Virus record (IMG/VR): IMGVR_UViG_3300035338_000026
Coordinates: 1 to 33,601 of that record
Reading direction: 5' to 3' (one strand)
DNA length: 33,601 bases
Origin: a virus
Lineage: Duplodnaviria > Caudoviricetes
A model generated the notes under the pieces. That model worked only from the letters and a program-made list of their open reading frames with translations, searched no databases and had not been told where the DNA came from. Below, in pieces: positions 18,113 through 26,622 of this stretch. The position numbers were made by a program, and so were the translations under genes. The stretch's first letter is position 1. Every line of letters begins with the position of its first letter.

Positions 18113-18141
18113 TTGACAAACCTTTTTTGTTGCTGTATACT
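18113..18141 (+). promoter_or_regulatory. SigA promoter of the cold-shock gene
   Basis: TTGACA (18113-18118), 17-nt spacer, TATACT (18136-18141). Confidence 0.85.
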
Positions 18142-18169
18142 GATATTAATTTCGTATATATGATTATTC

Positions 18170-18224
18170 GTTCTTAAGTCCTAGTCGATAATTATTATCT
18201 GACTAGTGCTTGAGAACTTTTTTT
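18170..18224 (+). promoter_or_regulatory. Long leader hairpin with U tract in the csp 5' UTR (attenuator/thermosensor candidate)
   Basis: Nested pairings GTTCTTAAG/CTTGAGAAC, CTAGTC/GACTAG and GATAAT/ATTATC, followed by T7. Confidence 0.65.
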
Positions 18225-18265
18225 ATTTATATGCCCGAGATAATATTTTTTAGGAGGTACTGATT

Positions 18266-18478
18266 ATGAATAACGGTACAGTAAAATGGTTTAATGCAGA
18301 TAAGGGTTTTGGTTTTATCACACCCGCTAACGGCGGAGAAGATGTATTTGTACATTTCTCTTCCATCCAGACAAATGGTTTCAAGTCTTTAAATGAAGGC
18401 CAGGCAGTAACTTTCGATACAGAAGCAGATCCCAGAGATAGCCGTAAAACACGTGCTGTCAATGTTTGCGCTAACTAA
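18266..18478 (+). CDS. cspA: Cold-shock protein (CspA family), inverted relative to the lytic operon
   Basis: [15 protein letters not shown] (RNP1) and DVFVHFS (RNP2) motifs; 70 aa; SD AGGAGG. Confidence 0.97.
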   Translation: MNNGTVKWFNADKGFGFITPANGGEDVFVHFSSIQTNGFKSLNEGQAVTFDTEADPRDSRKTRAVNVCAN

Positions 18479-18490
18479 GCCTTCTACATG

Positions 18491-18514
18491 GCCACCCTTT
18501 TGGGTGGCTTTTTT
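18491..18514 (+). terminator. Intrinsic terminator after csp
   Basis: GCCACCC-TTTT-GGGTGGC-TTTTTT. Confidence 0.88.
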
Positions 18515-18550
18515 CATTTTCCTGGATTGTTGTTCATAACAAATAACCCT

Positions 18551-19036
18551 CTACAACTTACTTACAATGCGCTTCAAACATCTAGATACCGTTACCTGTG
18601 ATAAATTCAACCTATTCCCAATTTCCGTCTGGTTATACCCTTTGATCTTCAATTGCAAAACTTGTGTTTCCCTTTCATTTAGCTTTTCAGAAAGCTCTTT
18701 AAAACAAAAACTAAAGGATAACTCACCCACATATTTGTCAGGTATTATTTCTATAATGTCGAACTGTTCACCCTCAAAATACGCAATATTATCAACATAC
18801 TTGATTTTATTTCTCTTTCTTTCGCCCCTAAGAAATATCCGCATTTGATTCATAATTACCCTGGCAGCAAAAGTTGAAAACTCATATCCTTTATCCGGAT
18901 TGAATTTTTCACTTGCTTTCCAAAGTCCGATTAAGCAAATTTGCTTTGCATCTTCATCATTCTTATACCAAGGGAAGTATCTTCTCAAGATAAAATAAGC
19001 GAGATCCATGTTGGCATTAAATAATTCTTGTCCCAT
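18551..19036 (-). CDS. Sigma-70 family RNA polymerase sigma factor (compact, regions 2 and 4)
   Basis: IGLWKASEKFNPDKGYEFSTFA (region 2) and YNQTEIGNRLNLSQVTVSR (region 4 HTH). Confidence 0.88.
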   Translation of the reverse strand: MGQELFNANMDLAYFILRRYFPWYKNDEDAKQICLIGLWKASEKFNPDKGYEFSTFAARVIMNQMRIFLRGERKRNKIKYVDNIAYFEGEQFDIIEIIPDKYVGELSFSFCFKELSEKLNERETQVLQLKIKGYNQTEIGNRLNLSQVTVSRCLKRIVSKL

Positions 19037-19098
19037 ATCATCACAGGAGTAAATCCAGATTTATTGCTGGCCAGCAAACCTCTTACTCCTTTCTGGTT

Positions 19099-19434
19099 TT
19101 ATCTTTTACCGGTACTTAGTACATACTTTTCACACATTGCTGCAACCTGAATAAATTCAGCTGCTGCCTTTATCGCATGCTGCTTTATGTAACTCACGGA
19201 TTCCAATCCTGCACCATTCTCACGAATTACGCTCCACAGGATTTCTAAATTGTCAACCGTCAAATTGCACTCTTCAACAGCCTCCTCAATTTCCTCTTTG
19301 ATTACGGCATAACCCTCATGGTTAGATGCAAACATGGGAAACTTTCGGTTAGCCGCATTCATTTCATCCCCGACCAAAAAGATAACACCATACAACAATT
19401 CTTTTCGTAGCACTCTATTCAACTCCTTACTCAT
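19099..19434 (-). CDS. Hypothetical phage protein, possibly MazG-like helical fold (start probably ATG 19434)
   Basis: FPMFASNHEGYAVIKEEIEEA...AEFIQVAAM pattern. Confidence 0.5.
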   Translation of the reverse strand: MSKELNRVLRKELLYGVIFLVGDEMNAANRKFPMFASNHEGYAVIKEEIEEAVEECNLTVDNLEILWSVIRENGAGLESVSYIKQHAIKAAAEFIQVAAMCEKYVLSTGKR

Positions 19435-19807
19435 TATGTGGTATTGCAATCACCATCTTTGTTTTCTCCTGAATATCCTTCACAATGTCACCCCAAGTCA
19501 CCATATCATCAAGTAGACAGTCCACTTTGCTATTAAACCTATCCCTAAAACGATTTAGCCGTACTGTACGGAAATCAAATTCATCATACAAAACATGAAT
19601 GGACATGGCCAACATTGTGGCAATCGTGTGCTCCTTGATAGGGGCAAGTGCTTTTTCCAAATCCTTTTGCGCCAAAGGTGTATGAATATTGCTAATGCCC
19701 CGAAACTTTATTTCCTTTTCAAGCGCTTCGAACCCGTCCTCTTTTACTATTTTCAATGCAAGGGCAAGGCCGTCATTCCTGCCCCTGCTGTAATCCGCCA
19801 TTTTCAC
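19427..19807 (-). CDS. Hypothetical phage protein
   Basis: 126 aa, tightly packed in the operon; LYDEFDF...RLNRF motif common in Firmicutes phages. Confidence 0.7.
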   Translation of the reverse strand: MKMADYSRGRNDGLALALKIVKEDGFEALEKEIKFRGISNIHTPLAQKDLEKALAPIKEHTIATMLAMSIHVLYDEFDFRTVRLNRFRDRFNSKVDCLLDDMVTWGDIVKDIQEKTKMVIAIPHNE

Positions 19808-19810
19808 AAC

Positions 19811-20290
19811 TTAACCCTCCGCATCTTCGATAATCTTGAAGAATTCACTTGCTTTCATTTCAACAAATCCATCCTGTAAATTGAAATCGTCTTGTTCGCA
19901 AGAATATGAACCATATAGCCTTTCTTCGATTGCGAATAATCTGCACTGAAATTTATAGCTAGAAAAATAATCAGAAACACTTGGCTTAAATAATATTTTC
20001 AAATTATTAACCCTAAGCGCCTTAGCCCAATCTTTCGAATAGATTGTATTTCGCTTAAAAAACCGAAGTCTGTCTTGCTGCACCTTAAAATACTTATCGA
20101 ACTTCTCTTTATCGGATTCAGTTGGAACAATTCCAATAGCATCTTGTTTTGGATAAAATTCACTTGATTCAATTCCTGCCTTTTTCGCAAATTCTTTGTA
20201 TATTTCAATCAATTTTTCTCTAAACTCTAACCACTCAAAATATCTCGCATATAGTTCGTGTACTTTGCTAATTTCAAAATATTTTTCCAT
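19811..20290 (-). CDS. Hypothetical phage protein (start probably ATG 20290)
   Basis: AT-rich ORF ending EMKASEFFKIIE; SD AAGGAG before MEKYF. Confidence 0.7.
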   Translation of the reverse strand: MEKYFEISKVHELYARYFEWLEFREKLIEIYKEFAKKAGIESSEFYPKQDAIGIVPTESDKEKFDKYFKVQQDRLRFFKRNTIYSKDWAKALRVNNLKILFKPSVSDYFSSYKFQCRLFAIEERLYGSYSCEQDDFNLQDGFVEMKASEFFKIIEDAEG

Positions 20291-21674
20291 AATTACTCTC
20301 CTTATATTTTTCAATTCTCGCTTTCAATGCTCCAAGTAACGCCTCTTGGGTGCCACTCTTATTTTCCAAAGCCTTGATAACATCCTCGTCCACCGTTTCC
20401 TCTGCAATCAAATGGTGAATGATAACCGGCTTTTTCTGCCCTTGTCGATGCAGTCTTTTATTTGCCTGCTGATACTGTTCCAAGCTCCATGTTGGCCCAT
20501 ACCAGATTACGTGGTGCCCACCATCCTGAAGATTAAGGCCGTATGCGGTACTCATAGGATGGGCCAATAAAACATCAATCTCACCATTATTCCAATCCGT
20601 TTCATCATCTGCCCCACCAAAGACTCTTACCCGAAGTTTTGTTTTAGCAAGCTCCTTCAACAGCCTGTCCTTCTCATGCTGATACCCATAAAACACCAAT
20701 GCATGCTCTCCAGCAAGCCCATCAACCAATTCCATGAAAGCTGTAATCTTGCAATCATGGATTAACTGGGCGTTATGGTTGCCATCATATACAGCACCAC
20801 CTGCAAGCTGTAGCAACTTTCCTGTTAGGACTGCAGCCATATCCGCAGTAATTTCTTTATCGTTGATTTCAAGAAGCATTGTCTTTTCCAATGTTTCATA
20901 TGCTTTTCTCGCTTTACTATCCAACGCCACGGGGGTATTTACTGTTACACAGTCAGGCAGCTCCAAATAATCCTCAGCTTTCATGGAGATACAAATATCA
21001 CCGATCAAAGTTTCTATTTTTTCCTCTGCACCATACTTTGGCTTGTACGTGAATACTCTTTCTGCAGAACGCTTGTCCGGGCTAAAGTATCTTTCACGAA
21101 ATCCGCCAATGGTTCGGCCAAGTCTTGCACCTTCATCCAGCAAATAAAGCTGTGCCCACAAATCAATCAAGTTATTGGGCGCCGGTGTACCCGTCAGCAA
21201 AACAATTCTTTTTATTCTTGGCCGGATTCGTTTCAGTGCCTTCCATCGTTTTGTACTCTGATCCTTAAAGCTGCTGCTTTCATCCACAACAACCATGTCG
21301 AACGGCCAATCGTTCCGGTAATAATCCACCAACCATTCTACGTTTTCACGATTTATCACATACAAATCCGCAGTGGCGGCCAACGCTGCCACACGCTTGT
21401 TCTTGCTGCCAAGCACTGTGGAGATTCTAAGATTCTGCAAGTGCTCCCACTTTGCTGCTTCTTTGCTCCATGTTGCTTCTGCCACCTTTTTTGGGGCGAT
21501 AACCAAAACCTTATGTATTGCAAAACGGTAATATTTTAACTCCTTTACCGCTGAAAGCGTGGTAACGGTTTTGCCTAAACCCATATCTAGGAATAACCCC
21601 AAAGCCGACTCTACTAAAAGTCTATCGATGCAATACTGCTGATAATTATGGGGTGCAAACTTCATACATACCAC
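20274..21674 (-). CDS. SNF2-family DEAD/DEAH helicase
   Basis: LDMGLGKT, VVDESS, LTGTP, GLNLQ and QANKRLHRQGQ helicase motifs. Confidence 0.93.
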   Translation of the reverse strand: MVCMKFAPHNYQQYCIDRLLVESALGLFLDMGLGKTVTTLSAVKELKYYRFAIHKVLVIAPKKVAEATWSKEAAKWEHLQNLRISTVLGSKNKRVAALAATADLYVINRENVEWLVDYYRNDWPFDMVVVDESSSFKDQSTKRWKALKRIRPRIKRIVLLTGTPAPNNLIDLWAQLYLLDEGARLGRTIGGFRERYFSPDKRSAERVFTYKPKYGAEEKIETLIGDICISMKAEDYLELPDCVTVNTPVALDSKARKAYETLEKTMLLEINDKEITADMAAVLTGKLLQLAGGAVYDGNHNAQLIHDCKITAFMELVDGLAGEHALVFYGYQHEKDRLLKELAKTKLRVRVFGGADDETDWNNGEIDVLLAHPMSTAYGLNLQDGGHHVIWYGPTWSLEQYQQANKRLHRQGQKKPVIIHHLIAEETVDEDVIKALENKSGTQEALLGALKARIEKYKESNYGKIF

Positions 21675-21945
21675 CCTCTACTTTTCCGATAAATTTATCC
21701 ACACTTTCCTTACTGTCCAACACTAAAACCTTCTGCCCCAGCTTCGCCAATTCCTTATGTTTTGCTATCTGCAATGGGGTAGGCTTTTTCCCTGGGGCTT
21801 TCAATTCCACCAAAACCGTCACCCCTTGGAAGAAAACAATTCTATCAGGCACCCCATCATTTCCCGGGCTGACCCACTTATAAGCCTTACCACCCATTTC
21901 TTTCGCTCGTTTTACGAGGTACTTCTCTATCTCCTTTTCTTGCAA
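21646..21945 (-). CDS. VRR-NUC domain nuclease
   Basis: EKEIE...GVPDRI...VELKAPG...LQ PD-(D/E)XK pattern. Confidence 0.92.
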   Translation of the reverse strand: MQEKEIEKYLVKRAKEMGGKAYKWVSPGNDGVPDRIVFFQGVTVLVELKAPGKKPTPLQIAKHKELAKLGQKVLVLDSKESVDKFIGKVEGGMYEVCTP

Positions 21946-21967
21946 AAAATCGCCTCCTTTATGACAG

Positions 21968-22196
21968 CCTACAAACTATTTCCCTATATATACGTGTATA
22001 TGGGCGCAGGCGGGTATATTTATATATTCTCTTTATTATTATATTTATTAAAAAAGATTGTAGGTAATGTAGGTAAAGAGGTCTAAATACCTGTATCTAA
22101 AGGGTTTCCACCACCTACATTCATGTAGGTAAATTGTAGGCAATGTAGGTCTTTCCCGCCTACAAACTAGGTGTTACCTACAATCTAAATCCTACA
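21968..22196. repeat. Iteron-like CCTACA/TGTAGG repeats; putative phage replication origin
   Basis: Ten hexamer copies in both orientations (21968, 22059, 22068, 22114, 22124, 22135, 22144, 22159, 22177, 22191) beside an AT-rich tract (about 22015-22056), directly downstream of the primase-helicase gene. Confidence 0.75.
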
Positions 22197-22198
22197 AT

Positions 22199-24604
22199 CT
22201 AACCCAAGAAATTAAACCCTCTTTGCGTCTTACAATACCCGAATTTATCCGGATAACCAGCTCTAGACCACCCTTTTATACCTGCAATAATGCTATTGAT
22301 TTCTGCTGTATCACTGTTCTTTATCATCCTTGGATCACATCCCAACGCCTCGCACCACACTTCCAAAGCACAAACTTTCTTCCTGGGAACCAGCTCTCCA
22401 TCAAAGGCAGCATTCCCTTCCCAGAACATCCTGCGTTGTTCCAGCTTCCAGCTAAGCCAATCCGCAGGTACCTTTTGCTCTAAGAAATCTGCGATAATAC
22501 CTTCTCTGGTGGAAGTCTTTCTGTGGCTCTCCTGCTGCTCTTTCGCAGCCTTTTCTACCTCCCCGGATAAATACAATGGTTCACCTATTTTAAAACGCAT
22601 GGCCGCCTCCGCCCACAGCTGATCTAACTCATTATCTAAATCAGCCCAAACACTTTTTTTGACTTTTCTCGCACCTACCACAAGGGGCCAAAAGCGGCGG
22701 TTTCCCGTTCTGTCCGTTAAAAATTCCGCATCATTGGTGGTGCCAAAGAAAACGCACCGACGAGGCATTTCTTTTACATGTCTGCCATATGCCGCACGAA
22801 ATCTATCTGCCTGTTGGCTTAAAAACTGCTTAATGCGGCCAACGTCACTGCGATTAAAGGCGTCCAACTCACCAACCTCCACCAGCCATACGCCCTGTAG
22901 GAGCTCGCTGGCCTCTTTCCCTTCAAAAGTTCTTATGGAATCGTTGAACCAGCCTTTTGACATTTTTGCAAGTAGGGTGCTTTTGCCGATACCCTGTGGA
23001 CCTGTAAATATGGTCATATAGTCAAACTTAAAACCGGGTATGTAAGCTCTGGCCACTGCCGCAGTAAATGCCTTACGTGTAACCGCTCTTGTATAAATAC
23101 TGTCCTCTGCTCCCAAATAATCTATCAAAAGAGTATCCAATCTAGGGACGCCATCCCACTTCAATTCATTCAAATACTTTGTTACATCATTGAATGAATT
23201 TTTATTGCTGTGTAGGGATAGAGCACCATCTATTTTTGCGGCGCCTGATATTCTATAGCTTTTTTCAAGGTACCAATAAAGCCCCTGGTTATCATTATCA
23301 TCCCAAAATCGCCGTTTTGTTCCTGCATTCCATGGTAGTGCGCCCAAAATCTCACCTCTGCCGGCAAACTCATTAATGGCAAACTTACCCTTTAAATTTC
23401 TGTCATTTTCAAGAATAATCCAAACGTTATCAATGGTGCTTTCCGGAAGTCCTGTCTTTGGGTGTACCCTAAGCCGACGCATCCATTCAAGGGTATCCTC
23501 TGTTTCAGAAAAGCCTTCTTGTATATCCTTAAATTCTGTTTCCGCCTGTTCCATACGCTCTTTTTGTAGCAGAGCAAGAACATCCTTATCCTCTATTGCC
23601 TTACGGCACATCAGGTCATAGCTGGGCAATTTATTTGTAGGGGTTCCCTCTTTTGCATCATCGTCCTGTTCACCAAACAAATGGAGACGGACCAAGTCAA
23701 AGGCATTTACCAACTGTCCACTGCATGGATCTGTGGCATGATGGGAGAAAAGAAATTTTTCATCGTCATAAACGATGGCACCGCCTGTGGTAGAACCACC
23801 TACGAATGTGTATCTGTCAGACTGCTCCGTAGGAGCATAAACACCGGGTAGAAAGGTGTCCATTGCCTGTACCACGCTGTAAATCCGACAGAATGCACCC
23901 ACGGTACCTCTCTTTTCTGTTGGATCTCCCTGCTTTGCTGCTGACCTCTCCCGTAATTTTTGTTCTCCCGGCACTTGCGGCCATGAGGCAACATTTAACC
24001 AATTCTCATAGGTGCCAAGCATTCCGTCTGCAGACAATAACGGCTTATCTTCATAAGTAAATATGTACTCACTATCTACACAGCAACTGGGCCAATACAT
24101 CAGACGTTCCACTTGAAAGGTAGTAGGATCAAACCAATGCATTTCCGGTTGTACCAATGCTGCCAATTTACGGGCGATGGGTTCGTATTCCTCCGGGAGC
24201 ATCTTTCTATCCGTCGGCACCACAACACGAAGTCTGGGCGCCGCAGGACTGTGCTTCCTTGTAGAATAAACAGCATACATCATGCCTAAGCTGGCAAGGC
24301 GTTGCAGGATTGCTTTTGTGCTTTCAGGTGGGCAGTTATCCATATCCAGGGTAATTACATCACGATTTAATACAGCGCCTTTTTTACGACGTCCCGTAAG
24401 GCTGCCACCGATAAAACCACCCACATCCTTTAGCTCATCCTGCTGGTGCTTTTTCATGCCCACATAAGCCGAAAGGGTTTCTTTTCCCCGCAAAGGAGTG
24501 CGAAGCTTTTCAAATAATTCTGCTATACGCATGGTCTGAGGCTGCCAGTTCGTGGCCTTTCTGCTACCTGCAGTAGATATGGTTATTTGTCTGTCATTTT
24601 GCAA
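22199..24604 (-). CDS. Primase-helicase (N-terminal primase-like domain plus VapE/VirE P-loop ATPase)
   Basis: TLDMD, YSTRKH and PRLR motifs in the N-terminus; GPQGIGKST Walker A; FFGTTN...DRTGNRRFW. Confidence 0.92.
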   Translation of the reverse strand: MQNDRQITISTAGSRKATNWQPQTMRIAELFEKLRTPLRGKETLSAYVGMKKHQQDELKDVGGFIGGSLTGRRKKGAVLNRDVITLDMDNCPPESTKAILQRLASLGMMYAVYSTRKHSPAAPRLRVVVPTDRKMLPEEYEPIARKLAALVQPEMHWFDPTTFQVERLMYWPSCCVDSEYIFTYEDKPLLSADGMLGTYENWLNVASWPQVPGEQKLRERSAAKQGDPTEKRGTVGAFCRIYSVVQAMDTFLPGVYAPTEQSDRYTFVGGSTTGGAIVYDDEKFLFSHHATDPCSGQLVNAFDLVRLHLFGEQDDDAKEGTPTNKLPSYDLMCRKAIEDKDVLALLQKERMEQAETEFKDIQEGFSETEDTLEWMRRLRVHPKTGLPESTIDNVWIILENDRNLKGKFAINEFAGRGEILGALPWNAGTKRRFWDDNDNQGLYWYLEKSYRISGAAKIDGALSLHSNKNSFNDVTKYLNELKWDGVPRLDTLLIDYLGAEDSIYTRAVTRKAFTAAVARAYIPGFKFDYMTIFTGPQGIGKSTLLAKMSKGWFNDSIRTFEGKEASELLQGVWLVEVGELDAFNRSDVGRIKQFLSQQADRFRAAYGRHVKEMPRRCVFFGTTNDAEFLTDRTGNRRFWPLVVGARKVKKSVWADLDNELDQLWAEAAMRFKIGEPLYLSGEVEKAAKEQQESHRKTSTREGIIADFLEQKVPADWLSWKLEQRRMFWEGNAAFDGELVPRKKVCALEVWCEALGCDPRMIKNSDTAEINSIIAGIKGWSRAGYPDKFGYCKTQRGFNFLG

Positions 24605-24615
24605 AACGTGTCACC

Positions 24616-26616
24616 TCAGTCTTTCGTAAAATAATCCCCCACCCAGCCATCTGCGGCCATAGGCAATCCCGGCGCAAAAGGTATGGGCTGGCTCATAATC
24701 TGGCAAACCTTATCAAGGTCAGCTTTCTCCTTTTCTATTTCGATAATAACTTCATCGTGAACATGGAACACAATTTTGTACCCTTGGGCTTCCAAAACAG
24801 TTAGGGTATGCGCCAAACAATCCCTTGCAATGGCCTGCACCACATTCTCCGTTAATTTACCTCCATAGGTTTCTGTAGGTTCCCAGTTCTTAGAAGTCTG
24901 GTTCATTCCATAATATCCAATGGATTCATTTCCCCACTGGTTTAAAGTTAAATGAGGTTTTACATAAAAAAGCTTTCTTCCGGAAGGAAGCAATATTGTA
25001 AGGAAGTCCTGGCCCTTTGTAATGTCTGCCTCTCTAGCAAACACCAGACCATGGGTACCAACAGCTCTACCGGTTTTAATTGCTTGTATGGCTGCATGCT
25101 CCAGGGCTTTCCAGCATCGAACAATTGCTTGATTTGCACCTCTCCACTTATACACAATTTCTTGTAATTCTTCCTCAGGTATCCCCATTTTCAACGCACC
25201 CATGTTGATAAGTGCCCCAGGACCACCGTTATACCCAAGGGCAAGGGTGGCAACTTTCCCCTTTTGTCTTAAAGCATATTCAGGTGTTCCTTTTATAATC
25301 TTTTCTATAGGTACCCCAAACATTTGCGCCGCTGTGGCCTCGTAAATCTTGCCATGGGTACGAAATACCTCCAGAACCCAATTTTCCCCCGCAAGCCATG
25401 CCACCACTCTCGCTTCAATGGCAGAGAAGTCAGCATCCACAAAAACTTTGCCTTTCTCGGGTATAAATGCCGTTCTTACCAGCTGGGAAAGGGTATCCTG
25501 CACACTGCCAAAAGTAAGCTGAATGGCATTGGGATTTTTCAATTTCACAAACTTTCTTGCTAAATCCAACTCCGCACCATGGAGGTACGTTCTTGGAAGA
25601 TTCTGCACCTGCACCAAACGCCCTGCCCATCTACCGGTACGATTGGCACCGTAGAATTGTAGCATTCCTCGCAATCTCTCATCAGCGCATTCCGCTTGAG
25701 TCATGGCCATATATTTTTTCACGCTTGTTTTTCCCAACTGTTGCCGCAGCTCCAAAACTCTCCGAACCGAAACGGGAATTTCCGCATCCAGCATATCACC
25801 CACAGTTTCCTTGTTTAGGCTGGGAACTTCTTTTCCTGTTCTATCTTCAATCCATTTTTTCAGCTGTGCTACACTGTTAGGGTTTTCAAGGTTTGTAATT
25901 GCCCTAGAGATATTTGTTGCCTTTTCTGTTGCGACACTGTCGCAATATAACGCCCCATCTATCAGATCAAGATCTATGGCAACGCCTCTCTCATTCTGTA
26001 TCTGATCTAAAATCCATTGCTCCTGCACCAGATCAGGTACCGGAAAATGAGATAGCCTATTTTCAATTTCCATTTCTGTAACAACATCCTGCTTACAATA
26101 TTCTTTGAAAAGATCCCACCGTTCCGGCTCATGTTCCGGAAGAATTCTTGTTCTGTTTCCGTTAGATTTAGAAGGCTTACAGGGTGAACAAAAAGTTTTA
26201 ATTAATGCTTTCCCTATTGTCAGTTTCTGCTTTTCTTGAGGCAGACCTATTGCCTTACCTGTTGCATCAAGCCCAGCTGTGTACCCACAGTAAAGCCCAT
26301 GCATCATGGTGCAATGCCATTGCCTCAACCACTCTGTTCTTTGTTTTTGTTCCAAACAAAAATACTTAGACAAGCAGTACCACTCAAAGGCAGCATTATA
26401 AGCATGTTTTATGTAATTTGAATCTAAAAGCAAATCGCTAATATTTTTTGGTAATGCAGTTTTTGTTAGGTCGATAATCTCCACCACCCCACCGTCAATA
26501 CTATAAGCTAACAGTAAGATTGAAAAATCCGGGCTTTGAACATATTTGTAAAGCCCGGACTTAGTAATATCAACGGAGGAGAAGGTTTCAATATCGACGG
26601 ATATATGCCCCCTCAT
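24616..26616 (-). CDS. polA: Family A DNA polymerase with 3'-5' exonuclease
   Basis: VDIET, AYNAAFE and YCKQDV exonuclease motifs; DFSAIEARV (motif A), RQKGKVATLALGY (motif B), HVHDE (motif C). Confidence 0.95.
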   Translation of the reverse strand: MRGHISVDIETFSSVDITKSGLYKYVQSPDFSILLLAYSIDGGVVEIIDLTKTALPKNISDLLLDSNYIKHAYNAAFEWYCLSKYFCLEQKQRTEWLRQWHCTMMHGLYCGYTAGLDATGKAIGLPQEKQKLTIGKALIKTFCSPCKPSKSNGNRTRILPEHEPERWDLFKEYCKQDVVTEMEIENRLSHFPVPDLVQEQWILDQIQNERGVAIDLDLIDGALYCDSVATEKATNISRAITNLENPNSVAQLKKWIEDRTGKEVPSLNKETVGDMLDAEIPVSVRRVLELRQQLGKTSVKKYMAMTQAECADERLRGMLQFYGANRTGRWAGRLVQVQNLPRTYLHGAELDLARKFVKLKNPNAIQLTFGSVQDTLSQLVRTAFIPEKGKVFVDADFSAIEARVVAWLAGENWVLEVFRTHGKIYEATAAQMFGVPIEKIIKGTPEYALRQKGKVATLALGYNGGPGALINMGALKMGIPEEELQEIVYKWRGANQAIVRCWKALEHAAIQAIKTGRAVGTHGLVFAREADITKGQDFLTILLPSGRKLFYVKPHLTLNQWGNESIGYYGMNQTSKNWEPTETYGGKLTENVVQAIARDCLAHTLTVLEAQGYKIVFHVHDEVIIEIEKEKADLDKVCQIMSQPIPFAPGLPMAADGWVGDYFTKD

Positions 26617-26622
26617 ACCGCA

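Noticed and set aside
21968-22196. CRISPR-like array
   Set aside because: Repeats are only 6 bp, in both orientations and irregularly spaced; they fit iterons instead.
22199-24604. Virulence factor (VapE/VirE name)
   Set aside because: The domain is a phage primase-associated P-loop helicase; the name is historical.
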